Shown here one piece after another: positions 1 through 9,472 of a DNA stretch of 64,000 nucleotides. Made by a program: the position numbers and the translations under genes. The stretch is taken from NCBI GenBank assembly GCA_965234725.1, contig CBDDUX010000040.1, positions 32,001 through 96,000 of the forward strand, read 5' to 3'. Every line of letters begins with the position of its first letter. The stretch's first letter is position 1. The notes beneath the pieces are model-generated. The model did not search any database. It had not been told where the DNA came from and was given only the letters and a program-made list of their open reading frames with translations. The stretch is from Thermoplasmatota archaeon. GTDB lineage: Archaea; Thermoplasmatota; Penumbrarchaeia; Penumbrarchaeales; Penumbrarchaeaceae.

Positions 1-1
1 T

Positions 2-2377
2 ACATACCTTTGCGCTCTCATGAGGAATGTGGAGGACGGCGGAGAGGGTGAGCTGCAGCTTAAGGAAAATAAAGGAACAGCCCAGGACAGGATCGTCCTT
101 CCCCACGCAATGTACGGAGTATCCCACCTTGATATCTCCACAGGTGATTTCTTCACCACACAGATATCCGGAGCAGAGCCCTTCAACAGGTTGATCTCCG
201 AACTGATGAAGTTCCAGGCAGTAGAGATTATCGTACCTGTCTCACTTATCAAGAGCGAGGATTTCATATCCGAACTGAGACTCCAGATGGGCACAGAGAC
301 GGTGATCAGTTCATTTCCGGACCACAATTTCCTAAGGTCTTATTCGGAGACTCTACTAAAGGAACAGTTCTCGGTCCTGTCCTTAGAGGGATTGGGTCTG
401 TCGGATCTGGAATTGGCACAAGGTGCTGCCGGGGCTGTTCTCGCTTATGCCAGGGAGAACCAGATGACCGACCTGAGGCATGTAAAGGATATTCGTGTTT
501 ACAGTGGTTCGGAATATATGGTCCTCGATTCCACCACATTACGCAATTTGGAGGTAATGAGGTCCTTCCGTGACGGGTCCACGAAAGGGACCCTTCTCGG
601 GATCCTGGACCGGACAAGGACACCCATGGGGTCCAGACTTTTGAAGTCCTGGGTCCAGCAGCCATTGATGGACATCAACGGAATAAATGAGAGATTGGAT
701 GCGGTGGAGTCTCTTTTCAACAATCTATTTCTCAGGTCTGATATCAAGGACGGTCTGAAAGGCATCAATGATATTGAAAGGTCCCTGATGAGGTTAAGCC
801 TTGGCAGGGGATCTGCCAGGGACATGGTCGCCATCAGGAACTCTCTCGAGTCTGCTGAGAAGCTCAAAGAAGTCTTGGATGCCTCAAAGAGTCTGGGTGC
901 CTCCAAGCTCCTGAAGGAGCTTTCGGGGGATCTTACCGGAGAAAGCGGGATCATTGAACTCATCTCCTCTGCCATCGTTGAGGAACCTCCTCTTTCCATC
1001 ACTGACGGAGGTATGTTCAAAAGAGGATATTCCGCCGAGTTGGACGAGATCGCCCTTTCAGCTCGTGATTCGAAGGATTGGCTCAAGGGATTCGAGGCCG
1101 GGGAGAAGAAAAGGACAGGAATAAGATCGTTGAAGGTTAGGTTCAACAATGTCTTCGGCTATTATATCGAGATAACCAAGTCCAACTTGGAAAATGTTCC
1201 TCAAGATTACATAAGGAAGCAGACCCTTGTCAATGCTGAGAGATTTATTACACCCGAGTTGAAGGAAAAGGAATCCCTGATCCTCAACTCGGAGGAGAGG
1301 ATGGCAGATCTCGAATCATCCCTCTTCGATGAGATCAGGCAAAAGGTCCTTGAGAGGGGCGATGGGATACAGACCATCGCCTCATCCATAGCCAGGATCG
1401 ATGTGCTAAGCGATCTTGCCGAGGTCGCATCCGCCAGGAATTTCAAAAGGCCTTCTGTGGATGACAAGAGAAGGATCTCAATGACCCGGTCAAGACATCC
1501 GGTTGTTGAGGAAAGGGTGGAATGGGGTTTTGTTCCAAATGATATATTCCTGGATGGGGAAGACAACCGCTTCATCATTCTTACAGGTCCGAACATGGCT
1601 GGTAAGTCCACTTACATGAGGCAAGCCGCCCTGAACGTGATCATGGCCCAGATGGGATCGTTCATACCTGCCGATGAGGCTGAGATCGGTATGGTGGACC
1701 GGATCTTCACCAGGGTGGGGGCCTCAGACGATCTGGTCAGGGGACAGTCCACCTTCATGGTGGAGATGCTTGAACTGGCAAATATCCTGAACTCGGCCAC
1801 AGATAGATCATTGGTTATCCTTGATGAGATCGGAAGGGGCACTTCCACATTCGATGGTCTCTCAATTGCCTGGGCGGTTACAGAATACATTTCTGACAAG
1901 GGAAAGATAGGAGCGAACACGATCTTTGCTACACATTATCATCATCTGACCGAACTCGAGGGTAAGCTGGATGGGGTCGTAAACTATTCGATGTCCGTCA
2001 AGGAGACAGGAGAGGGGATCACATTCCTCAGAAAAGTGAGGAAGGGACCTGCATCAAGGTCCTATGGTGTAGAGGTAGCGGACCTCGCCGGTATTCCCAC
2101 CGAGGTCGTGGAAAGGGCCAGAGAGGTCCTTGGAAGGATCGAGAGAGAGGACTCTCTTGAGGGGAGGGCCGCTGAGATCACCAACGTTCCGATCGAGGCC
2201 ATCACAACAACCAAAGAAAGAAAAGGACCTCTACAGATGGTCCTTTTCCCAACCGAGGATATGCTAGCTCCAAAGGTCGAGGACCCTCTCATCGAAGAGA
2301 TAAGGTCCATGGATCCGGGGAATATGACACCACTCCAGGCCCTTGAAGCGATCTACAAGCTGAAGAAGAGGCTTTAG
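2..2377 (+). CDS. mutS: DNA mismatch repair protein MutS (5'-partial)
   Basis: Frame open from the window start (TYLCAL). Motifs LDSTTLRNLE, TRTPMGSRLL, Walker A TGPNMAGKST, GQSTFMVEM, LDEIGRGTST, FATHYH, SYGVEVA, C-terminal MTPLQAL. The mismatch-binding N-domain lies upstream of the window. Confidence 0.97.
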   Translation, partial: TYLCALMRNVEDGGEGELQLKENKGTAQDRIVLPHAMYGVSHLDISTGDFFTTQISGAEPFNRLISELMKFQAVEIIVPVSLIKSEDFISELRLQMGTETVISSFPDHNFLRSYSETLLKEQFSVLSLEGLGLSDLELAQGAAGAVLAYARENQMTDLRHVKDIRVYSGSEYMVLDSTTLRNLEVMRSFRDGSTKGTLLGILDRTRTPMGSRLLKSWVQQPLMDINGINERLDAVESLFNNLFLRSDIKDGLKGINDIERSLMRLSLGRGSARDMVAIRNSLESAEKLKEVLDASKSLGASKLLKELSGDLTGESGIIELISSAIVEEPPLSITDGGMFKRGYSAELDEIALSARDSKDWLKGFEAGEKKRTGIRSLKVRFNNVFGYYIEITKSNLENVPQDYIRKQTLVNAERFITPELKEKESLILNSEERMADLESSLFDEIRQKVLERGDGIQTIASSIARIDVLSDLAEVASARNFKRPSVDDKRRISMTRSRHPVVEERVEWGFVPNDIFLDGEDNRFIILTGPNMAGKSTYMRQAALNVIMAQMGSFIPADEAEIGMVDRIFTRVGASDDLVRGQSTFMVEMLELANILNSATDRSLVILDEIGRGTSTFDGLSIAWAVTEYISDKGKIGANTIFATHYHHLTELEGKLDGVVNYSMSVKETGEGITFLRKVRKGPASRSYGVEVADLAGIPTEVVERAREVLGRIEREDSLEGRAAEITNVPIEAITTTKERKGPLQMVLFPTEDMLAPKVEDPLIEEIRSMDPGNMTPLQALEAIYKLKKRL

Positions 2378-2435
2378 GAGCAGTGTCCCAAACGGTTTTA
2401 TCATCCTGTTCCATCTAGGGTTTCGGAGATAGTAG

Positions 2436-3893
2436 ATGAAGGTAACCCTCGCAGGAGCCACATTGGACCGTAGGTTCTGGCCGGATGATCCATCCGCCTC
2501 ACCGGAGACAATCTCGGCAGCCTATGCCCGAATATCCCACAGTCCCAGGGGAATAGGTGAACTGCGGGAGATCGCGGTTAAGGAAATCGAGAAATCCAGA
2601 CGTTCCAATGAGAACATCGTATACAAGATGGGTCATTCCTCCATTGCTGAGCATGCGGTCTTCAATATCGATGTGGAGGATGCATCACGTCTTCTTGTTG
2701 AGTTCATCGAACATCACAGGCTAGCATCATTCACTGAGAGGTCCCAGAGATACGTTTTCTTTGGCAACAAGGAATTCCAGGTCCCCGATGAAATGATGGG
2801 AAGCAAATTCGAAGAAGAGGTAAGAGAACTGGAATCAGACAAATTCAATTTTTATAATAGGCTCTGTGAGGATAAGGACCTGAAGGAGAAGTACGGGGAC
2901 AAGCTATTGGAGCAGGCACGATATGTATTAGGCCTGACCTGTCCGACGGATCTGGGTTTGACGATAAACGCAAGGGAGCTGGAGTACCTGATATCATGCG
3001 GTAAGGCCCATGGTCTTGCCGAGGTCAGAAAACTTGCTGACGAACTGCTTGACAAGGCCGGTCATCTTGCTCCATCCCTCATCAAATATACAGGACCTAA
3101 GGAACATATTTCAATTGCGAGGAAAAGGATGGAGGATTGGGTGGATGAGAACCTCGATAGGTTGAGACCGGAAAATGAGTTCGAGGATATACTGGATTCA
3201 AGGAGGTTCTCGGTCTGTTCGAACCGTCCAGCCCATTGCGACGATCCAGAATCGGAGATCGCATCGGCTCTGCTTTTCGAAATGACAGACCTGGACCTTG
3301 AGGAGTGCAGAAGGACTGCAATGGAGATGACAGATGACGACCTTCTAGACCTTTTCAGACCTATATTTTCGGAATATCCGGTCCATTCATCCCTTCCAAG
3401 GGCCTTCGAGATGATGGACCTTACCTTTGATTTCGAGGTATCGGCTTCAGGGTTCGCACAGCTCAAACGTCACAGACTTGCAACCATACTGGTCAAGGGA
3501 TATGAACCGGGGAGATGGTTCACTCCCCCGATCTGCATGGCCGACCCTGAGATCGCAGTTGATTACATCAAGATCATGAGAAGGTCTGAAGATCTCTTCC
3601 ACAAGGTGGAGAAGCTCATGGGCAGGGAAGTGGCGACATATGTCCTTACGAACGCCCATATGAGAAAGGTGATCTTCAAATTGAATTTGAGAGAGCTATA
3701 CCATTTCGTTCGTCTAAGGTCCGATATCCATGCCCAGGATGAGATAAGGAACTTATCTGATATGATGGTCACTGTCTTGAAGAACCATTTTCCCGTGGTG
3801 GCCGCCATGCTTTGCGGAAAGGATTCCTATGAGGATGGCAAAGAACGGATATTCGGTTGCTGGACAAAGGATGATGATCAGGAGGAGAATTAA
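2436..3893 (+). CDS. thyX: FAD-dependent thymidylate synthase, tandem ThyX domains
   Basis: GHSSIAEH and HHRLASFTERSQRY in the first half; QLKRHRLAT and NLRELYHFVRLRSDIHAQDEIR in the second half. Confidence 0.88.
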   Translation: MKVTLAGATLDRRFWPDDPSASPETISAAYARISHSPRGIGELREIAVKEIEKSRRSNENIVYKMGHSSIAEHAVFNIDVEDASRLLVEFIEHHRLASFTERSQRYVFFGNKEFQVPDEMMGSKFEEEVRELESDKFNFYNRLCEDKDLKEKYGDKLLEQARYVLGLTCPTDLGLTINARELEYLISCGKAHGLAEVRKLADELLDKAGHLAPSLIKYTGPKEHISIARKRMEDWVDENLDRLRPENEFEDILDSRRFSVCSNRPAHCDDPESEIASALLFEMTDLDLEECRRTAMEMTDDDLLDLFRPIFSEYPVHSSLPRAFEMMDLTFDFEVSASGFAQLKRHRLATILVKGYEPGRWFTPPICMADPEIAVDYIKIMRRSEDLFHKVEKLMGREVATYVLTNAHMRKVIFKLNLRELYHFVRLRSDIHAQDEIRNLSDMMVTVLKNHFPVVAAMLCGKDSYEDGKERIFGCWTKDDDQEEN

Positions 3894-4076
3894 ATGATGG
3901 CAAGCATCTGTCATATCTGCGGGAAGCCCGCATTCAGGACATGCATACTCTGCGGGAGGCCCGCCTGTAAGGGACATCTGGACGACAATGGGTTCGCCTG
4001 TCTTAATTGCGCACCCACAAAGAGAGGACCACCTGCTTCGAAAGGACCAGGTGAACCTGGTGGTGTTCAGGGATGA
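3894..4076 (+). CDS. small double zinc-finger protein
   Basis: CHICG...CILCGRPACKGH...CLNC; abuts the thyX stop and overlaps the next start (ATGA). Confidence 0.75.
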   Translation: MMASICHICGKPAFRTCILCGRPACKGHLDDNGFACLNCAPTKRGPPASKGPGEPGGVQG

Positions 4077-5257
4077 CAAAGATCATGGACCAGGATATAT
4101 CGAATCTGACCAGCCACTCACTTGATCTTATCGATGGTCTTCTCAACGATCTGAAAGTGAGTGAGGTCCCCGCCTTTGCATCCCATGAGCAGGACCTGGA
4201 ATTACTCAGAGACGAGGTAAAGAGGATCTCCGGGAAGAAGAACATCATTATCCTTGGTCACGGCGGATCTATCACCACCTTCAAGGGGATCCTTGGATCA
4301 CTCGGGCGGTTCTACAAGGGAGATCGGGAGTTCTTCATCATCGATACTTTGGACCCGACTCATATTTCTTACGTTAAGAGCAGGACCTCCCCGGAAGACT
4401 CCCATGTGATCGCCATTTCGAAATCAGGGAATACAATGACGGTCTTAGAGCTCCTCTCTGTTTTCCAGACTTATCCAACAACAGCTGTAACTGAACCTGG
4501 ATACGGTGCATTGAGGAAGATATCCAAAACAAGGGATTGGACAGTGATCGATGTACCCAAAGAGATCGGGGGCAGGTTTTCGGGAGGTACAGCTTCTGCC
4601 CTTCTTCCTGCAATGGTCCTTGGTATCAAAGTGGAAGATTTCATTGAAGGAATGAAAGAAGCTTACAGGTCCGCCAGGGAGGATGATGAGATGGTCAATC
4701 TCAGCGGTGCCTTTTACCTTGTAGAAAGGGTGGGAAAGAGGATGATCTTCCTCCCGGTCTATTCCAAGGGATATTCAGCCTTCAACGATCTTGTGACACA
4801 GCTCTTCCATGAGACCCTATCGAAATCAAGGAAGGGAATGACGATCCTATGTTTCGAAGGACCGGAATGCCAGCATCACACGAACCAGAGGGTCCTTGAT
4901 GGACCGGAGGACATTGCCACCCTTTTCATTCTTGTTGATGGGGATGGAGGAGAAGAGATATCATGGCCCGACATTTCTGTGGAGTTCAAAGGGATACCTC
5001 TGAACGAGTTGGGTGGATATGATCTCAAGAAGGCCATGTTATCTGAGGCTAAGGGAGTGATGGGTTCCATGGATGAACTTGGAGCTCCATACGGGTCGAT
5101 CACATTCAAGGATGAATCCGAGAGATCAATTGGTTTCTATGTCGGAATGATGCATTACCTCGCGTATTATTTCGCACTTTTAAGGAAAGTGAACCCATTC
5201 GACCAGCCAGCCGTTGAGAAAGCGAAGGAGATCGCCTTGGAAATGAGAACGAAATAG
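4073..5257 (+). CDS. pgi: glucose-6-phosphate isomerase-family (SIS) protein
   Basis: GHGGS, ISKSGNT, IGGRFS, QLFHETLSK, NPFDQPAVEKAK; several PGI motifs are slightly divergent. Confidence 0.75.
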   Translation: MTKIMDQDISNLTSHSLDLIDGLLNDLKVSEVPAFASHEQDLELLRDEVKRISGKKNIIILGHGGSITTFKGILGSLGRFYKGDREFFIIDTLDPTHISYVKSRTSPEDSHVIAISKSGNTMTVLELLSVFQTYPTTAVTEPGYGALRKISKTRDWTVIDVPKEIGGRFSGGTASALLPAMVLGIKVEDFIEGMKEAYRSAREDDEMVNLSGAFYLVERVGKRMIFLPVYSKGYSAFNDLVTQLFHETLSKSRKGMTILCFEGPECQHHTNQRVLDGPEDIATLFILVDGDGGEEISWPDISVEFKGIPLNELGGYDLKKAMLSEAKGVMGSMDELGAPYGSITFKDESERSIGFYVGMMHYLAYYFALLRKVNPFDQPAVEKAKEIALEMRTK

Positions 5258-5361
5258 ATTGTGTTTTCTTTCATTCGATTTTCTGTTTCGGTCCTCTCCC
5301 CCCACCTTCCCTTTTTTTACCCGCATTCATCTGTAATCTTCCCTTGAGAGGGGTTTACTGC

Positions 5362-5478
5362 ATGTTCGACAACCACTTTTCCCAGTGCCCGATCTGTGGG
5401 CAGACAACCCTGGCCAGGCAGGGTAGATGCGACTTCTGTTTCAACCCTGAATGCGATAACAAAGGATGTGCTTTCTGA
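5362..5478 (+). CDS. 38-aa CPxCG zinc-ribbon microprotein (below ORF-track cutoff)
   Basis: MFDNHFSQCPICGQTTLARQGRCDFCFNPECDNKGCAF*; purine-rich SD-like GAGAGGGG upstream. Confidence 0.7.
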   Translation: MFDNHFSQCPICGQTTLARQGRCDFCFNPECDNKGCAF

Positions 5479-5665
5479 TATCGGTCCAGGTATCCGGTTT
5501 TGGAATGAACGGCTCGAACTTGTTGTCGAAGCGTCCCGTTTTACATGTGTCATCTTCTCGTGGTGTAACAATACATTTGCATAATCATGAGATCTATAAG
5601 GAAACCTTTAATAAGACCTCCCAATTTCAAGCCCGTCCAAGCCAATACATGGACGGTGGAATCTC

Positions 5666-7483
5666 ATGGGAAAGATCGGATTAACTGAACTTATTTTAAG
5701 AGATGCGCATCAATCGATCCTTGCTACAAGGATGAGGACCGAGGATATGGAACCGATACTGTCCAAAATGGACAAGGTCGGATACTGGGCAGTAGAGATG
5801 TGGGGGGGGGCAACCTTCGACGTACCTCTCAGGTACCTGAACCAGAATCCCTGGGACAGGCTGAGGCTCATCAGGAAGATGATGCCCAACACGAAACTAA
5901 TGATGCTTCTCAGGGCTCAGAATATAGTGGCTTACAGGAACTTCCCGGACGATATCGTAAGGAAGTTCGTTCACTACGCAAACAAGAACGGGATAGATGT
6001 CTTCAGGGTCTTCGATGCCCTGAACGACCTTAGGAACATGGAAGTTCCGATGAAAGCGGTGAAGGCCGAGGGTGCTCATCTCCAGGCCTGCGTCTCTTAT
6101 ACGATCTCTCCTGTTCACACTACCGAATATTACATAAAATTCATGCAGGACCTTGAGAAGATGGGAGCGGATTCCGTCTGTATCAAGGATATGGCAGGTA
6201 TGATCTCACCCAAGAGGGCATATGACATCATTAAGGGATACAAGGACCAGGGAGGAAAATGCCCCGTGGACCTGCATTCCCATTCCACATCCGGAATGAC
6301 CGGGCTTGCATATCAGAGGGCCGCTGAAGCCGGCGTTGATGTGATGGATACCGATATGTCACCAGTTGCCGAGGGAACCGGTCATCCTGCAACAGAATCC
6401 ATTGTCTATGCTTTCAAGGGGACAGAATGGGATACCGAACTTGATATGGACCTTCTCATGGAGATCAGGGATTATTTCAGAACGATCGCAAAGAAGTACA
6501 GACATCTTCTGAGGCTCGAAGCTCTCAGGCCTGACCCGTCGATAGTGGTCCACCAGATCCCCGGTGGAATGATCTCGAACCTGGTCTCCCAGCTGGAGAT
6601 GCAGGGGGCCGTGAACAGGCTCGATGAGGTGTTGAAGGAGATACCCAAGGTCAGGGAAGAACTGGGTTATCCACCCCTGGTGACCCCGACATCACAGGTT
6701 GTTGGAGTCCAGGCTGTCATGAACGTTCTTTTCGGAAGGTACAAGAACCTTCCCAAGGAAACAATAGACTATGTCAAGGGAATGTATGGCAAATCACCGG
6801 CCCCTATCTCGGATGATATAAAGGCCCTCATCCTCGGCCCCAACTGGAAGGATGAGATCATCACCTGCAGGCCCGCGGACCTCCTTGAACCGGAATGGGA
6901 CAAGAGGAAGAAAGAGCTTCAGGACATGGGAGTTTACAAGGAAGATGAGGATGTCCTGATCTATGCGATATATCCTCAGATCGGGCTGAAGTATCTCAAA
7001 GGCGAGGCTAAGGCCGAGTTCACATCAGATGAGCTCCCCCTCCCCCTGGACCATCCTGCAACAAGAGCAATGGTCAAGTCGTTCTTCCCGGAATTGAAGG
7101 AGATCTATCTCTACGATAAGGAGTGCAAAGGTGGAGGAGGCCCGGCTACGATACCCACCGAGTTCGATGTCGAGGTCGACGGTGAGATGTTCGAGGTCAA
7201 GGTCAACCCCAAGGGTGGATTCATTGTAGCCGGAGAAGGCGGCGGAGCAGAAGCACCTCCAACCGATGTTGAAGGCGGTTTCAAGAGCCCGATGCAGGGG
7301 ACGGTCCTTTCCGTCAAGGTTGCGGAAGGTGACAAGGTAGAGGAAGGACAGGTTATAGCCACTGTTGAGGCCATGAAGATGGAGACCGAGGTCAAGACCG
7401 ACCACGCGGGTGAGATCAAGAAGATCTATGTTGGAGAGGGAGACGCAGTTGAGACCGGCACCTTGATGATGCAGATCCTCTGA
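5666..7483 (+). CDS. pycB: pyruvate carboxylase subunit B (carboxyltransferase + biotinyl domain)
   Basis: LRDAHQS, EMWGGATFD, IKDMAG, LHSH, QIPGGMISN, PLVTPTSQ, biotin-attachment motif AMKM. Confidence 0.93.
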   Translation: MGKIGLTELILRDAHQSILATRMRTEDMEPILSKMDKVGYWAVEMWGGATFDVPLRYLNQNPWDRLRLIRKMMPNTKLMMLLRAQNIVAYRNFPDDIVRKFVHYANKNGIDVFRVFDALNDLRNMEVPMKAVKAEGAHLQACVSYTISPVHTTEYYIKFMQDLEKMGADSVCIKDMAGMISPKRAYDIIKGYKDQGGKCPVDLHSHSTSGMTGLAYQRAAEAGVDVMDTDMSPVAEGTGHPATESIVYAFKGTEWDTELDMDLLMEIRDYFRTIAKKYRHLLRLEALRPDPSIVVHQIPGGMISNLVSQLEMQGAVNRLDEVLKEIPKVREELGYPPLVTPTSQVVGVQAVMNVLFGRYKNLPKETIDYVKGMYGKSPAPISDDIKALILGPNWKDEIITCRPADLLEPEWDKRKKELQDMGVYKEDEDVLIYAIYPQIGLKYLKGEAKAEFTSDELPLPLDHPATRAMVKSFFPELKEIYLYDKECKGGGGPATIPTEFDVEVDGEMFEVKVNPKGGFIVAGEGGGAEAPPTDVEGGFKSPMQGTVLSVKVAEGDKVEEGQVIATVEAMKMETEVKTDHAGEIKKIYVGEGDAVETGTLMMQIL

Positions 7484-7493
7484 GGTGATCTCG

Positions 7494-8969
7494 ATGACCA
7501 AAGAAGGATTGATCAACAAGGTAATGATCGCGAACAGGGGCGAGATCGCAATAAGGATCATGAGGGCCTGCAAGGAGCTGGACATAGCAACTGTAGCAGT
7601 TTACTCCGATGCAGACAAGAATTCACTGTTCGTAAGATATGCAGATGAAGCTTACAACATCGGCAAGGGTCCTGCAAAGATGAGCTATCTGGTCCAGGAC
7701 AAGTTGATAGATGTCGCTCTTGCAGCAGATGTTGAAGGCATACACCCGGGATATGGGTTCCTTGCCGAGAATTCGGACTTCTGCCAGCTTTGCCACAAGA
7801 ACGGTATAGAGTTCATTGGACCTCCGGAATCCGCCATGAGGCTCATGGGGTCCAAGATAGATGCGAAGAAGTCCATGATCGAAGCCGGAGTTAGTGTTGT
7901 TCCAGGTGTTGTCGAAGCCATAACCGATCATGAAAAGGCCAAGGACATCGCACATGATATCGGCTATCCTGTGATGCTGAAAGCGTCCGCAGGAGGCGGT
8001 GGTATCGGAATTCAGCTCGTCCAGAACGAGGAGGAGATGGATAAGGCCCTTGATTCAGTGAGGGTCCTTGCAAAGAACTCCTTCGGTGACGATGCCGTGT
8101 TCATAGAGAAATACATCCATGACCCCAGGCACGTGGAGTTCCAGGTGCTGGGGGATAAGAACGGTCACACCATACATCTCTACGAGAGGGAATGTTCTGT
8201 CCAGAGAAGGAACCAGAAGCTGATAGAGGAGACCCCCTCTTGCGCTCTCACTCCTGAGATCAGGGAGGAGATGGGAAGACAGGCTGTCCTTGCAGCAACA
8301 ACTGCCGGATACTGGAATGCCGGGACCTGTGAGTTCATGTTCAAGGACGGAAAATATTACTTCCTTGAGATGAACACCAGGCTTCAGGTCGAGCATCCCA
8401 TCACCGAAGAGGTGACAAGGACCGACCTTGCAAGGGAGATGCTCTATGTGGCATCCGGACTCGATATCTCATACGCTCAGGAAGAGATCACACAGACAGG
8501 TCATGCGATCGAGTTCAGGCTGAATGCAGAGGATCCTCTGAACCAGTTTGCGCCTGCTCCCGGGAAGATAGTGAAATATGCGGAAGCATCCGGCCCGGGG
8601 ATAAGGATCGATTCAGGAGTGTACCCGGGATATACGATCCCACCATACTACGATTCAATGATCGCAAAACTGATCGTATGGGGTGAGGACAGGAACTACT
8701 GCATCCAGAGGTCGAAAAGGGCCCTCTGGGAAATGCAGATCGGTGGAGTGAAGACCAACATTCCGTTCCATGAAGTGGTCCTGGACCATCCCAAGTTCGT
8801 AGAGGGAGATTACACGACCTCCTTCATACCAAGGTACAACATCATGGAGGCCGTGGTGGAGTACTACAAAGCCAAGAAAGCAGAGCAGGGTGGAGCCAAG
8901 AGAGCTGCCGCAATGGCTGCCGTCGAAGCTGTCATCGCTGGTGTTGCGCAGTCCCGAAAGACAGAATAA
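7494..8969 (+). CDS. pycA: pyruvate carboxylase subunit A / biotin carboxylase
   Basis: ANRGEIA, HPGYGFLAEN, KASAGGGGIG, ERECSVQRRNQK, EMNTRLQVEH, YDSMIAK; SD GAGGTGA before ATG 7494. Confidence 0.93.
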   Translation: MTKEGLINKVMIANRGEIAIRIMRACKELDIATVAVYSDADKNSLFVRYADEAYNIGKGPAKMSYLVQDKLIDVALAADVEGIHPGYGFLAENSDFCQLCHKNGIEFIGPPESAMRLMGSKIDAKKSMIEAGVSVVPGVVEAITDHEKAKDIAHDIGYPVMLKASAGGGGIGIQLVQNEEEMDKALDSVRVLAKNSFGDDAVFIEKYIHDPRHVEFQVLGDKNGHTIHLYERECSVQRRNQKLIEETPSCALTPEIREEMGRQAVLAATTAGYWNAGTCEFMFKDGKYYFLEMNTRLQVEHPITEEVTRTDLAREMLYVASGLDISYAQEEITQTGHAIEFRLNAEDPLNQFAPAPGKIVKYAEASGPGIRIDSGVYPGYTIPPYYDSMIAKLIVWGEDRNYCIQRSKRALWEMQIGGVKTNIPFHEVVLDHPKFVEGDYTTSFIPRYNIMEAVVEYYKAKKAEQGGAKRAAAMAAVEAVIAGVAQSRKTE

Positions 8970-8980
8970 ACGGATCCATT

Positions 8981-9009
8981 AAAAGCCCCCATTTAGGGGG
9001 CTTTTTCTT
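8981..9009 (+). terminator. hairpin + T-tract terminator after pycA
   Basis: AAAAGCCCCC-ATTTA-GGGGGCTTTT followed by TCTT, 11 nt after the stop. Confidence 0.75.
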
Positions 9010-9045
9010 GGAATATTTTTAATATTTGCATTATATTTCCAGATC

Positions 9046-9396
9046 ATGGAAGAGTCTGGCGGGTACGATTTCAATACCATGTCCGAAGAAAAAGAGCAGG
9101 ACGCAGTTCCTTTAGAAGAGAAGAAGGGTCTTGAGATCAAACTGATACTAATGATCATTTTCGGGATCGTCTCTCTTTTCACTTCTCCTGTATTTGTGGT
9201 GTTCCTTGGTATCCTGTCCGGGCGAGTTTATTTCATCATGATATTCGTCTCCCTGGGTTTTGCAGGAGCTTCCGGTTATCTTGGAGAACGTTTGATCAAG
9301 AAAAGCAACAAACTTGGATGGATCGGGATCGGTTTCATGGCATTTGCCATCCTTCTTGTCCTGGGTCCTATCATCCTTGCTTTCATCTTCATCTGA
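9046..9396 (+). CDS. small membrane protein (about 3 TM)
   Basis: acidic N-terminus followed by three hydrophobic segments. Confidence 0.7.
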   Translation: MEESGGYDFNTMSEEKEQDAVPLEEKKGLEIKLILMIIFGIVSLFTSPVFVVFLGILSGRVYFIMIFVSLGFAGASGYLGERLIKKSNKLGWIGIGFMAFAILLVLGPIILAFIFI

Positions 9397-9472
9397 TATT
9401 CCCTCCACTTGAGACTGGGATCCTCTTTCTAAAAACTATTTCTACCGGAGGTCCATATCCCGATCGATATCC

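Noticed and set aside
306..2310. Long antisense ORFs over mutS, and similar ones over pycB, hppA, nnr and THUMP
   Set aside because: Shadow frames of well-supported genes; Ser/Pro-rich translations with no motifs.
5317..5684. Track ORFs of 84, 62 and 72 aa between pgi and pycB
   Set aside because: No motifs; the 38-aa CPxCG ORF explains the region better.
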